Below, in pieces: positions 1 to 8,206 of a stretch of DNA of 53,893 nucleotides; the stretch's first letter is position 1, and every line of letters starts with the position of its first letter. The notes below the pieces were generated by a model. It saw only the letters and a program-made list of their open reading frames with translations. It did not search any database and had not been told where the DNA came from. Both the position numbers and the translations under genes were made by a program. Origin of the DNA: a virus (taxonomy: Duplodnaviria; Caudoviricetes); the IMG/VR virus record IMGVR_UViG_3300007352_000015; one strand, given 5' to 3'.

Positions 1-1192
1 TGGTGGTTTTCTTAGCACCAACACAAAATATTTGATCATATTCAGTTTTTAATTGCGATAATCTATCTTTGTATTCTTTAATATTTTTCTCCAATGTTTC
101 TAACTTGGTAGCACGTTCATTAAACTCAGTTTCATGTGTAAGTAATCGTTTATTAACTATTTCAATATTTTTGGTTTTATTTTCAATTACTTTATAGAAA
201 TTTTCCAAGGGTTGATTAACATCTTGAATAGTCAATGTATTTTTTAAATTACGCACTTCACCATTTTCATCAATATCTTCACTAGGTAAACTAGGATCAT
301 CAATATATTCTGGTTCAGCGGATTCTAAAGCTGGCATTTCATCATCTAATTCATCGCCTTCATCGTGATATGAAACATTGGATTTTTCAGTTTCTTGTGG
401 TTCAACCCGCGATAAATCGCTAGATTTGAAGCTTGAACCAAATTTTGGTTCAACCCGCGATAAATCACTCGATTCAATGGTTTTACGTTTTGCATCATAT
501 TCCAATCGCTTTTTTAATTTAAGTTCGAAAATATCTTTTAATTCGGTTAATTGTTTAATTTCATGTTTAGTTGCTTGTAAACGCATTTGCAAATAATTTT
601 GATTATCTTTCAAAGTATCGAGTTCGCGATTAAAAGTATATGTTTTATATTTGATAATTTTCGCACGGACCAGAAAACTTTCTTTAACTTTGGCTTTAAC
701 CACAATACGTTTATCAGCAGTATTGGGATCATCTTTTAATTCCGCTTTAATAGCCTCGATTTCGGTTTTTAATGCGTTCCATTGCTCGGTTAATAATTGT
801 TCGGGTTTACTTGCGGTTAATTGTTTAATTTTTGCGTTATAAAGATTAGCAAATTTTGGATCGTTTTCGCTTATATAATTTTTGGCCGCAGCTGGGCTAA
901 ATTCATCTAACATTCTATATAAAAAGCCAATTAAACTGGTCATTGCAAATCGTTGACAATATTTTTCGGTTAAATTTATTACAGAAAATGCCAAATATCG
1001 GTTACGATCGCCAATAAAAACAGGCTTTTTGTACGGATTGGAATAACTACGTAATGCAGTAATCATGCCTTCATCCAATTGTTGAACAAATTGAGCACGC
1101 TTTTCTGGTGTCATTTTTTGCATTATTTTCCACATTTTGCCAATTTCGGCTTCAAATGCTTGTTTTTTAACGATAGCTTGTTCTTTAGACAT
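1..1192 (-). CDS. Partial ORF (>=397 aa, runs off window start) resembling asfarvirus B602L major-capsid chaperone
   Basis: ATG at 1192, no stop down to base 2 (read by hand). Translation MSKEQAIVKK...SNPYKKPVFIGDRNRYLAFSVINLTEKYCQRFAMTSLIGFLYRMLDEF matches my recollection of the ASFV B602L N-terminus (NPYK...[31 protein letters not shown]). AT-rich, no Shine-Dalgarno. Confidence 0.75.
   Translation of the reverse strand, partial: MSKEQAIVKKQAFEAEIGKMWKIMQKMTPEKRAQFVQQLDEGMITALRSYSNPYKKPVFIGDRNRYLAFSVINLTEKYCQRFAMTSLIGFLYRMLDEFSPAAAKNYISENDPKFANLYNAKIKQLTASKPEQLLTEQWNALKTEIEAIKAELKDDPNTADKRIVVKAKVKESFLVRAKIIKYKTYTFNRELDTLKDNQNYLQMRLQATKHEIKQLTELKDIFELKLKKRLEYDAKRKTIESSDLSRVEPKFGSSFKSSDLSRVEPQETEKSNVSYHDEGDELDDEMPALESAEPEYIDDPSLPSEDIDENGEVRNLKNTLTIQDVNQPLENFYKVIENKTKNIEIVNKRLLTHETEFNERATKLETLEKNIKEYKDRLSQLKTEYDQIFCVGAKKTT
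398..466. repeat. 21-bp direct repeat, period 48, encoding SSDLSRVEP twice in the B602L-like ORF
   Basis: TGGTTCAACCCGCGATAAATC at 398-418 and 446-466. Confidence 0.9.
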
Positions 1193-1250
1193 TTTTTAAT
1201 TATCAATTATATATTGTATATATATTATATTTAAAGGATATAAATATATT

Positions 1251-2075
1251 ATGAGAAAACACATTAGAAAGAGTAATAAATATATCAAGAAAGATATAGA
1301 TAATAATATAAATAATATTATACCTGATAGTAATATAGATATGAATATAAAAGATATAGATATAAAGAATAAAGAAGATAATAATAAAGATAGTAAAGAT
1401 ATAAAAAAGAAAGATAATAAAGATATAAATACAAGTGTAATAAATATACCTGTATTAGATATTAGTATAAATAAATATATGTCTATAGGCACTCCCCTTA
1501 AAAATCCATTCCACGAAAGATTCTGTCAGCTATATTCCCGTAATCTAAACGCTACCACAAGTTATTTGCAATCCATAAAAGACGTAACGCCCGATAATGT
1601 AATAACTTACGATACGGCAAGAACCAATGGAAGCCGCTTGCTCACATATGCCGATATTCGGACACGCTTATCAGAAATTACAGACCACACCGCGCAAAAC
1701 CTTGATATAAGCCGAACAGATATACTTGAAGGAATTCAGAACGAGGTTAATCTTGATCCGGCGGATGTTTTCAATTGGACTGGTGAAGCTCTCGAATTAA
1801 AAAGTTTAAAAAATATACCGCTACAGGTTCGACAAACTATCAAGTCGATTAAAGAAAATAAGGACGGCAAAATCGAAGTTACTTTTTACGATAGGCAACG
1901 GGCGCGGGAGCAATTGATGAAATATCTTGGCATGCTGACGGATAAAGTTGACATAAACGTAACTCACGAATTGGGTAACGCACTTGCCGCCGCACATGCC
2001 AGAGTCGTGAAACGTTCTAACCGTGAAATCGATGCACCTGGAGCGATAGAGGCAGATTTTACAGAGATTGACTAA
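1251..2075 (+). CDS. terS: Terminase small subunit; true start may be ATG 1479 after a low-complexity N/D/K/I stretch
   Basis: HERFCQLY..NLNATTSY..TARTNGSRLLT HTH signature; C-terminal IKSIK...KIEVTFYDRQRAREQLMKYLGM typical of TerS. Confidence 0.85.
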   Translation: MRKHIRKSNKYIKKDIDNNINNIIPDSNIDMNIKDIDIKNKEDNNKDSKDIKKKDNKDINTSVINIPVLDISINKYMSIGTPLKNPFHERFCQLYSRNLNATTSYLQSIKDVTPDNVITYDTARTNGSRLLTYADIRTRLSEITDHTAQNLDISRTDILEGIQNEVNLDPADVFNWTGEALELKSLKNIPLQVRQTIKSIKENKDGKIEVTFYDRQRAREQLMKYLGMLTDKVDINVTHELGNALAAAHARVVKRSNREIDAPGAIEADFTEID

Positions 2076-2138
2076 TTTTGACCGCACCGCAAGCCCGCCA
2101 CTGCATTTTCTCAAGTCAAGCCATATCCAAGTATAGGC

Positions 2139-2171
2139 AAAAAAATAGCCCGGCCTGTGGTAGCGCCGGGC
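2139..2171 (-). terminator. Intrinsic terminator of the leftward gene
   Basis: GCCCGGC/GCCGGGC stem followed on the minus strand by a T run. Confidence 0.7.
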
Positions 2172-2183
2172 AAGAGTTGAGAG

Positions 2184-2639
2184 TTACACAATACTCCATA
2201 TCTCGTATAATCTACCCAGGGAACAGTAATACAGTGTCATGTTGCCGTGGTCATTGACTTGTAGCACTTCGCCAGTGTAGCCAGTGGGGATATCGGATAA
2301 ATCGTCAACTTTCAGCCCGTCGAAGTTGTATTTAAAATCTTCACAGAGCCAATATCCAAAATCCGCACCGTCTCCAGGGTGCGCACCAAAATAAAAATAC
2401 GGCATGCAGTATTCGTTCAGTGCGTCAAACAAAGCTTCCAAGTCATAATCTGCGTCCTCAGTTTCGTAATACTCGTCACTCTCCATGCGAGTATTAATCT
2501 CTTCGATTAGTCCCTTGTGGCCCTTGAGGAGTTTGCTCTGGTGCTCCAATTCCCACAAGAAAGCGGGTATCAAGTCTTCTGGGCGCATAGTACCCGATGA
2601 AACAGAGCCGATGTTATCGTTGTGTAGTCTGCTATACAT
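2184..2639 (-). CDS. Acidic hypothetical phage protein
   Basis: 151-aa ORF with AGGGG RBS, own promoter and terminator. Confidence 0.75.
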   Translation of the reverse strand: MYSRLHNDNIGSVSSGTMRPEDLIPAFLWELEHQSKLLKGHKGLIEEINTRMESDEYYETEDADYDLEALFDALNEYCMPYFYFGAHPGDGADFGYWLCEDFKYNFDGLKVDDLSDIPTGYTGEVLQVNDHGNMTLYYCSLGRLYEIWSIV

Positions 2640-2692
2640 TATAGTCCCCTTGCCAGAGGTTAAGGTTATGGTTCGTTATCGAACCTATATCT

Positions 2693-2721
2693 AATATACA
2701 ATAATAATAATAAATAGTCAA
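2693..2721 (-). promoter_or_regulatory. sigma70-type promoter
   Basis: Minus strand TTGACT-17 nt-TATATT upstream of the 2639 start. Confidence 0.7.
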
Positions 2722-3118
2722 GTGAATTAACGCTTATGTATATACTCGTTAATTGCTGCAAAGGCACTGGCGGCCGGTACTGGCGCGGATCATAGGAAAA
2801 AAGAATTACTTTTCCTGGCAGCGACAAAAAGCCCCCCCAGGGGAGGGGCGACCGGTGGCGGCCCTTCAAAGGAATCCATCTCTCCTGTCATCTATTGCTC
2901 GTGGGTGTTTTTCTTGATTGGGGGCCTCCTGCATCTTTTTCGAACCCCTTGTGTATACTTACAGCGGTGGGTGGTTGTTTGTGAGGAATTGTTGTATATG
3001 ATTGGCATTAAGGCAGATGGGTGGTAATGGTTGGAGGTGGTCATCCGCAACTCTTACGGGTGGTGTCCCCCTGTGCCTCTCTCTCCCTCTTCTACAATGC
3101 AAAGTTTTTCGAACGCTC

Positions 3119-3147
3119 TTGCTTTTTGTCTTTATGGTTGTTATAAT
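3119..3147 (+). promoter_or_regulatory. sigma70-type promoter with extended -10
   Basis: TTGCTT-17 nt-TATAAT with TG at 3139-3140, followed by ACAACAACAA leader and AAGGGGG RBS. Confidence 0.75.
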
Positions 3148-3175
3148 ACAACAACAATTAAACCAAGGGGGTGGT

Positions 3176-3529
3176 ATGCCGGACAAGGAACTCTTGTTTT
3201 CGGTGACGCGGAAGGATTTTGATATAGCGACGTTTTCTGGTTCTGGCGCGGGTGGTCAGCATCGGAACCGGCATCCGAATTGTGTGAGGATAACGCACAG
3301 GGCTTCGGGTGCGACGGCGACGGGAACGGAGCAGCGCAAGATGCATCAGAATCAGATAGTGGCGTTCAGGCGGCTGGTGGAGACGCCGAAATTCAAGGCG
3401 TGGTTGAAGCTGGAGATATGCCGTGCCGCCGGGATGTTTGACGATGTTGATGAGAGGGTCAATCAGGAGATGCGTCCTTCTAATTTGCGGGTTGAGGGTC
3501 AAGTTGGTGGCAAGTGGACGGAGATATAG
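3176..3529 (+). CDS. Stand-alone class I release-factor GGQ domain (peptidyl-tRNA hydrolase, ArfB/PrfH-like)
   Basis: FSGSGAGGQHRNRHPNCVRITHRASG...EQRKMHQNQIVAFRRL; start reassigned to ATG 3176 after RBS. Confidence 0.85.
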   Translation: MPDKELLFSVTRKDFDIATFSGSGAGGQHRNRHPNCVRITHRASGATATGTEQRKMHQNQIVAFRRLVETPKFKAWLKLEICRAAGMFDDVDERVNQEMRPSNLRVEGQVGGKWTEI

Positions 3530-3549
3530 CCTTATTTAAAGGGGGTGGT

Positions 3550-4146
3550 ATGAAGGTACTGGTGGCCTGTGAATTTAGCGGCGTGGTCAGGGACGCTTTC
3601 CTGAAACGTGGGCATGATGCGTGGTCGTGTGACCTGCTGCCGTGTGAAAGCCCGATAGGGGCGCGGCACTACCAGGGCGACGTTCTGTCTATGATCGACT
3701 TTTCCAAGTTCGACTTGATGATCGCGCATCCACCATGTACACATCTAAGTAAGGCGGGCGCGTGGTGTTGGAAATTTAAGGAGCAAGAGCAGCGCGAAGC
3801 CCTGGATTTTGTGCGCAAGTTACTGGAGGCCCCGGTTCTCCGGATATGCCTGGAAAATCCCGTAGGAAAAATCAATACAGCCGTCCGAAAGCCTGACCAG
3901 ATTATCCACCCCTGGATGTTTGGTGACCCTTGGCTTAAGGAAACTTGCTTATGGTTGAAAGACTTGCCAGTGCTACGCGCCACAAACAAAGTCGAACCAC
4001 AGGGAAACTGGGTTAAGCCGGGGAATAAGCGTCCGTGGCGGCGCTTTGATGCTGTACCCGAAGGGGGGCGGGGCAACACTAAAGATCGAAGTCGGAGTTT
4101 TCAAGGCATCGCCGAGGCAATGGCCGACCAATGGGGAAGTTTATAG
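3550..4146 (+). CDS. Phage DNA cytosine-5 methyltransferase-like protein
   Basis: MKVLVACEFSG, DLMIAHPPCTHLS (catalytic PC) and LENP motifs. Confidence 0.7.
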   Translation: MKVLVACEFSGVVRDAFLKRGHDAWSCDLLPCESPIGARHYQGDVLSMIDFSKFDLMIAHPPCTHLSKAGAWCWKFKEQEQREALDFVRKLLEAPVLRICLENPVGKINTAVRKPDQIIHPWMFGDPWLKETCLWLKDLPVLRATNKVEPQGNWVKPGNKRPWRRFDAVPEGGRGNTKDRSRSFQGIAEAMADQWGSL

Positions 4147-4148
4147 CC

Positions 4149-4176
4149 TTGCCTTTTCTTTTCTTTTGGTTATATT
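4149..4176 (+). promoter_or_regulatory. sigma70-type promoter
   Basis: TTGCCT-16 nt-TATATT, then AACAACAAAACAAC leader and GGAGG RBS. Confidence 0.55.
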
Positions 4177-4207
4177 AACAACAAAACAACATTAACCTGG
4201 AGGCATC

Positions 4208-4444
4208 ATGGAGAGTATTGGCGCTGGGCTTTGGCTGGGGGACATGAGGGGGCTGGGAGGACAACAGGAGTGGCAGGTCGTCGATTCAGAAGGCATCTCC
4301 CGTGGGAGGATTTTCCGTGATATTGGGGTTTATGGAAACGGTGGCGATCATTCTTTTGAGCCATCGGTAAGCCGTTCGTTATTCTCTTCTGCCGAGTTGC
4401 GGGTGATAGCGGACACGATTGACCGGCTGGAGGGGGAGATATGA
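4208..4444 (+). CDS. Hypothetical protein
   Basis: GGAGG RBS, 78 aa, first gene after a promoter. Confidence 0.65.
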   Translation: MESIGAGLWLGDMRGLGGQQEWQVVDSEGISRGRIFRDIGVYGNGGDHSFEPSVSRSLFSSAELRVIADTIDRLEGEI

Positions 4445-4528
4445 TTGAAGTTCTGCAAATCATGCTAATGACCTGTAGGGATTGTAATGGCCGAAACTGG
4501 CAAGGTATCGAACTAAGACCATGACGCC

Positions 4529-4795
4529 ATGACGCGTATGACACCAGAATCGGTAAACTATTTTAAAACCCCTTTCATGGCGACTTTCCGAAATCTGACG
4601 TCATTCACGTCATGCGTCATAGATGAGTGTGGCAAGTCATGGTGGATGGAGGTTGCCGATGCGTTCATTGCCGCACATGAAGTTTTTCGTATGAAATGTG
4701 CCTTGATGGACGACGTTGCCACGGAGGCGGGCTGGACTTCCCACAAGGGTTACGACTACTGCCCTTCATGTAAGCCCGATTTCAAGGGGGAATGA
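4529..4795 (+). CDS. Hypothetical Cys-containing (Zn-binding) protein
   Basis: DECG...AGW...YCPSCK; overlaps next start. Confidence 0.55.
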   Translation: MTRMTPESVNYFKTPFMATFRNLTSFTSCVIDECGKSWWMEVADAFIAAHEVFRMKCALMDDVATEAGWTSHKGYDYCPSCKPDFKGE

Positions 4796-5055
4796 TGTGG
4801 ATTCTCGTTCTGGTGGTCGGCATAGTGGTGGTGGTGATTGTGCTGATGGTCATAATGGAGAGGAGTAACCTGAAGATTCCCGATGCTTACGTTGTCGAAT
4901 GCCTGATGGTTAGTTGCAGACACCATGATGGCGAGTTTATGAATTGCTTATTGCGGGAGGTCGAAATTGGTTCGGACGGGCTTTGTTCGCGGTATGAGAA
5001 GTTAAGCGACGAGGAGCTTCTCAATAAGTGCAGGGGAAAAATTTCTAACGCATGA
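4792..5055 (+). CDS. Membrane-anchored Cys-rich protein
   Basis: N-terminal TM helix, then CxxxxCxH...C...GxC pattern; AAGGGGG RBS. Confidence 0.6.
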   Translation: MMWILVLVVGIVVVVIVLMVIMERSNLKIPDAYVVECLMVSCRHHDGEFMNCLLREVEIGSDGLCSRYEKLSDEELLNKCRGKISNA

Positions 5056-5065
5056 AGGGGGAAGT

Positions 5066-5212
5066 ATGCGAGTAGGTGACTATGAAATCCCGGTAGTGGT
5101 TGTAGACGGCTGGCCTGATGATGAGATCGGCATATACGATTCGATCAGTGGCGACAGGCTGGGGGCGATAGTCAACATCGGAAATTCTGAGGAGGAAAAA
5201 TGCGTATCATAA
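5066..5212 (+). CDS. 48-aa protein resembling a capsid-protein C-terminal fragment
   Basis: Below ORF-track cutoff; AAGGGGG RBS; MRVGDYEIPVVVVDGWPDDEIGIYD...AIVNIG. Confidence 0.55.
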   Translation: MRVGDYEIPVVVVDGWPDDEIGIYDSISGDRLGAIVNIGNSEEEKCVS

Positions 5213-5379
5213 TCGAGATTCCGCCGTCGAATGTCCGCTTTCCGGTGGAGACAAGCGAGTTTAAGATTATCAAGAAAAGCAAGTCCAGCTATGGGGAGAC
5301 GGCAAGTTCGGACGAACTAAGCTTGGTTGGTGAGGTAACCGGAGTATATCTGGAGACCGCCGATAACACCCCATCCTGA
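5200..5379 (+). CDS. 59-aa hypothetical protein
   Basis: GAGGAGG RBS; MRIIIEIPPSNVRFPVETSEF... Confidence 0.55.
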   Translation: MRIIIEIPPSNVRFPVETSEFKIIKKSKSSYGETASSDELSLVGEVTGVYLETADNTPS

Positions 5380-5812
5380 CACTCCTTTTTCCGGTTGAAG
5401 GCTTAACCGGTTCGGTTTCGTAGCTGGTTTCAGGGCGGGAAAAGGTGGTCAAGGGGTCTCTTTTGCCCCTATAAAACATGGCCGTCGCTTCACCCGGCTT
5501 TCGTGGTTGTATTTTCTGGGCTTCAGGCATGTCCCGACAAGGGCGCGGGTGAGAAAATCGCCCTACGGGGCTGGAAATCGGTCGGAGACCAATCCGGCGA
5601 TGCCAACGAAATGGTAGTTTGTCCAAAATTCCGGCCTGTTCGTTATTATTGGACGGAAGAAAAACCTGAACATTCCCCTTGCAGTCTCGGCCCTTTGTGA
5701 TTAGATTATAGATGCCAACGCCTTCATCCTTAAGCTTGGCAGATTTTCTCCCCCACACCATCGGCCTTGCGGGACTCTTGTCAAAGTCTTCCCGCAGGGC
5801 CGAATCTTTTTC
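5380..5812 (+). ncRNA. Candidate structured non-coding RNA ending in an intrinsic terminator
   Basis: ~430 nt with no RBS-backed ORF and many hairpins; final stem 5761-5774/5790-5803 plus T run. Confidence 0.4.
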
Positions 5813-5903
5813 CAGTCAACTACCCGTCAAATAAGCAGAACCTTGCCCGGCGCGGCCATGAGCCGATTGGGCCGTTTATGGGCCGATTCCAATCAACTAA
5901 GCC

Positions 5904-5932
5904 TTGACTTTTCCCCTTCCTGTCCATATACT
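5904..5932 (+). promoter_or_regulatory. sigma70-type promoter
   Basis: TTGACT-17 nt-TATACT, then AACAACAAC leader and AAGGGGG RBS. Confidence 0.75.
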
Positions 5933-5962
5933 GTAACAACAACACTTATCCAAGGGGGTAAA

Positions 5963-6244
5963 ATGAGCGACGAAAAGGTTTTTACCTATACGTCTACCGA
6001 TCCAAAGTATCGGGGTCAGACGTTGATAATGCTGGCGATGAAAGACAAGGCTGAGGAAGCGGTGTATCGCGCCGCACCGGGTATGCTGGTAGCACTGAAA
6101 AAAATACAAGGCTTGGTTGGGGATGCGTTCAGGTCTTTGCCGACAGCCACTTTAGAAGAAGGCGCAATTATAGTAGGCGTTGCGTTAGCTGATATACAAA
6201 AAGAGGCTCGCGACGTAATCGACCACGCCAAGGAGATAGCATGA
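5963..6244 (+). CDS. Hypothetical protein
   Basis: Start moved to ATG 5963 after RBS. Confidence 0.65.
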   Translation: MSDEKVFTYTSTDPKYRGQTLIMLAMKDKAEEAVYRAAPGMLVALKKIQGLVGDAFRSLPTATLEEGAIIVGVALADIQKEARDVIDHAKEIA

Positions 6245-6333
6245 AATACCTTCCGCTCATCCTTTATTCCATCGGCAGCCTGTGCTTTCTGGCTGGCAGC
6301 CTCGTCACCATGTACCAGATTTGGAGGGGATGA
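6241..6333 (+). CDS. 30-aa single-helix membrane peptide
   Basis: MKYLPLILYSIGSLCFLAGSLVTMYQIWRG; AAGGAG RBS; ATGA overlaps on both sides. Confidence 0.55.
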   Translation: MKYLPLILYSIGSLCFLAGSLVTMYQIWRG

Positions 6334-6617
6334 TGACCGACCACCTCCTTTCCCGTGAATGTCCGGCCTGTCATGGCTACAAGATGCCGGGGCTGGTTGT
6401 CTGTATGGATTGCTGGCCGAGGATGAATGGTAAAGTCAAGGAAAGGCTATTGAAGCCGGATGTGTACGCCGTCGGTAGGCGGCTATATTTCTACCAGATG
6501 CTGGAGCAAACCGGCAAGATCGACATGGAGATATCCTTCCCCGACAAGAAAAACCTGGAACGGGAGTCGGTCAAGTCCCGTGGCTCCAAGAAGTCGCAGC
6601 AGAACGAACTTCTATAA
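6330..6617 (+). CDS. Zinc-finger hypothetical protein
   Basis: CPAC...CMDCW; GGAGGGG RBS. Confidence 0.6.
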   Translation: MMTDHLLSRECPACHGYKMPGLVVCMDCWPRMNGKVKERLLKPDVYAVGRRLYFYQMLEQTGKIDMEISFPDKKNLERESVKSRGSKKSQQNELL

Positions 6618-6626
6618 GGGGGATTT

Positions 6627-6869
6627 ATGCTGACACGCCTGAACCCGAACACGGCCTATGGTGTCTTCCTCGCTGTTGATGAGCGGGGTGAGTTTGAGTT
6701 TTTTGTGACCAGCGGCGTTACGCTGTCCGATGCTATGGATCAAGCGCCAGATCGTGCCGACTTGTACCGCATTGGTTTTTTTATAACGGATGAAAACGCC
6801 AAGCTCCGTGGCCTACTGCCACTGCATGATGGCTGCGAATTTACTTATGATGCCAAGGGGGATTTATGA
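6627..6869 (+). CDS. Hypothetical protein
   Basis: AAGGGGG RBS, coupled to next gene. Confidence 0.6.
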   Translation: MLTRLNPNTAYGVFLAVDERGEFEFFVTSGVTLSDAMDQAPDRADLYRIGFFITDENAKLRGLLPLHDGCEFTYDAKGDL

Positions 6870-7180
6870 CCGAACAGCTTGCCATGCTTGGAACGCCATC
6901 GGTCGAGTTGGCCGAGAAGGCTGTCAGGACAACGGCCCGCAAGGAAAAGGTTGACCGCATGATGGTCGTTCTGGCCCACGAGGGCTACCATGTGACCATC
7001 AAGTATGAACCTGACGGCGATGAGTCCTGCGTCATCAATGACAACGAGTTCTTCGTCGCCATCCGTGGCAGCCGCAAGCGTTGCGCCGAGATGCTGGAGG
7101 ATGCTTACGCCGAGATACTGCACAAGTGGTATACCATCCAGGACTACCGCGCTGTCCTGAACAGCGGATTGGAGGAGTAA
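6866..7180 (+). CDS. Hypothetical protein
   Basis: AAGGGGG RBS, ATGA overlap. Confidence 0.65.
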   Translation: MTEQLAMLGTPSVELAEKAVRTTARKEKVDRMMVVLAHEGYHVTIKYEPDGDESCVINDNEFFVAIRGSRKRCAEMLEDAYAEILHKWYTIQDYRAVLNSGLEE

Positions 7181-7569
7181 TGCGTACTGTAGCTCAATCT
7201 GTTTCCGACATGCAAGATAAGATCGCCGCTCTCGAAACCGAGAATGCTAAGTTACGTAAGCATGGCGGTTGGGAACACGGCCAGTATAACGAATGGATAC
7301 AGTTGACGGGCGACAACGAGGCGTCAACCCTCGGTGGCCCTTCGATTCGCGTCCACAAGCGCCACGAGTTTTCTGATGATTTGGTGGACTTCCTGCTTAT
7401 TCCACTGGACGACCAAAAGACCTATCGAACAGAGAGTGGACAGATAAAATCGATGCTTAACAAGCACGAACTCTACTTCTTTTATCAGGCGGCTATGCAC
7501 CACCTCACGGCGCGTTATTGTCGCATCTGTAAATCGATAGACAAAGCCAACGCGACCAAGGAGGCATAA
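7180..7569 (+). CDS. Hypothetical protein with N-terminal coiled coil
   Basis: GGAGGAG RBS, TAATG overlap; start at 7180. Confidence 0.6.
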   Translation: MRTVAQSVSDMQDKIAALETENAKLRKHGGWEHGQYNEWIQLTGDNEASTLGGPSIRVHKRHEFSDDLVDFLLIPLDDQKTYRTESGQIKSMLNKHELYFFYQAAMHHLTARYCRICKSIDKANATKEA

Positions 7570-7952
7570 TGGAACCGGTCAAGACTAAACGCAGTTGGGT
7601 AGTGGAGTTCGGGCCAGCGATCATCATCATCGGCTGCGCCCTGATAGCCGTCGCCTGCATGGTCTGCGATCCGCAGCCGCTACCGGCGCAGTACGTGGTG
7701 CCGCATCCCGACAACATGATGTATGAGCCACCGCCTAACTATGATTTAATAGACTCATCCGTCTCTTTTCTGCCACCGCCGGAGTACAAGGTTATTGCCG
7801 ACAGCCTGTTCGTGCTGGAAAATCCTGTCAACCTTTACGTATGGGAAGGCCAGTCGTACAGCAAGCGCTGGTGTTTCGTCGGCATCGTTATCCCCGCCGA
7901 TACTGTTATCGTACGCTACGAAGGAGAGACTACAGAAAGGTACTGGAGGTAA
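7569..7952 (+). CDS. Membrane-anchored hypothetical protein
   Basis: One N-terminal TM helix, Pro-rich linker, DSS/DSL/DTV motifs. Confidence 0.6.
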   Translation: MEPVKTKRSWVVEFGPAIIIIGCALIAVACMVCDPQPLPAQYVVPHPDNMMYEPPPNYDLIDSSVSFLPPPEYKVIADSLFVLENPVNLYVWEGQSYSKRWCFVGIVIPADTVIVRYEGETTERYWR

Positions 7953-7954
7953 AA

Positions 7955-8170
7955 ATGGCTTACGACGTAGATGAACTTCAATGCAGATTTACTTACCACG
8001 CCCCGAAAGAGGGCCAGCCAGAGATGTATGAATCAATACGCAAGAACGCGCTTCATCTGGCGTATATTTTGGTGGAGCATTGCCCCGAAAGCCGGGAATT
8101 GTCGCTGGCATTGACGCATCTTGAGGAGGCCGTTTTCTGGGCAAACGCCGCCATCGCAAGGCGCGGTTGA
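7955..8170 (+). CDS. Acb2/Tad1-type helical hairpin protein (candidate immune-signal sponge)
   Basis: RFTYHAPKEGQ..YESIR...CPESRELSLALTHLEEAVFWANAAIAR, the family consensus as I recall it; GGAGG RBS. Confidence 0.7.
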   Translation: MAYDVDELQCRFTYHAPKEGQPEMYESIRKNALHLAYILVEHCPESRELSLALTHLEEAVFWANAAIARRG

Positions 8171-8177
8171 CACTTCC

Positions 8178-8206
8178 TTGCTTTTTATAATTATTATGGT
8201 TATTAT
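8178..8206 (+). promoter_or_regulatory. sigma70-type promoter, probably giving a leaderless mRNA
   Basis: TTGCTT-17 nt-TATTAT; ATG 8213 lies 7 nt downstream with no RBS. Confidence 0.55.

Noticed and set aside
378-842. Plus-strand ORFs 378-596 and 651-842
   Set aside because: Antisense shadows of the long minus-strand ORF ending at 1192
1193-1260. Prophage attachment site at the composition boundary
   Set aside because: No integrase or att-like repeat seen, and the flank looks like eukaryotic-virus DNA rather than a bacterial chromosome
1196-1492. Hydrophobic 98-aa minus-strand ORF as a membrane protein
   Set aside because: By-product of the A-rich low-complexity top strand; no RBS
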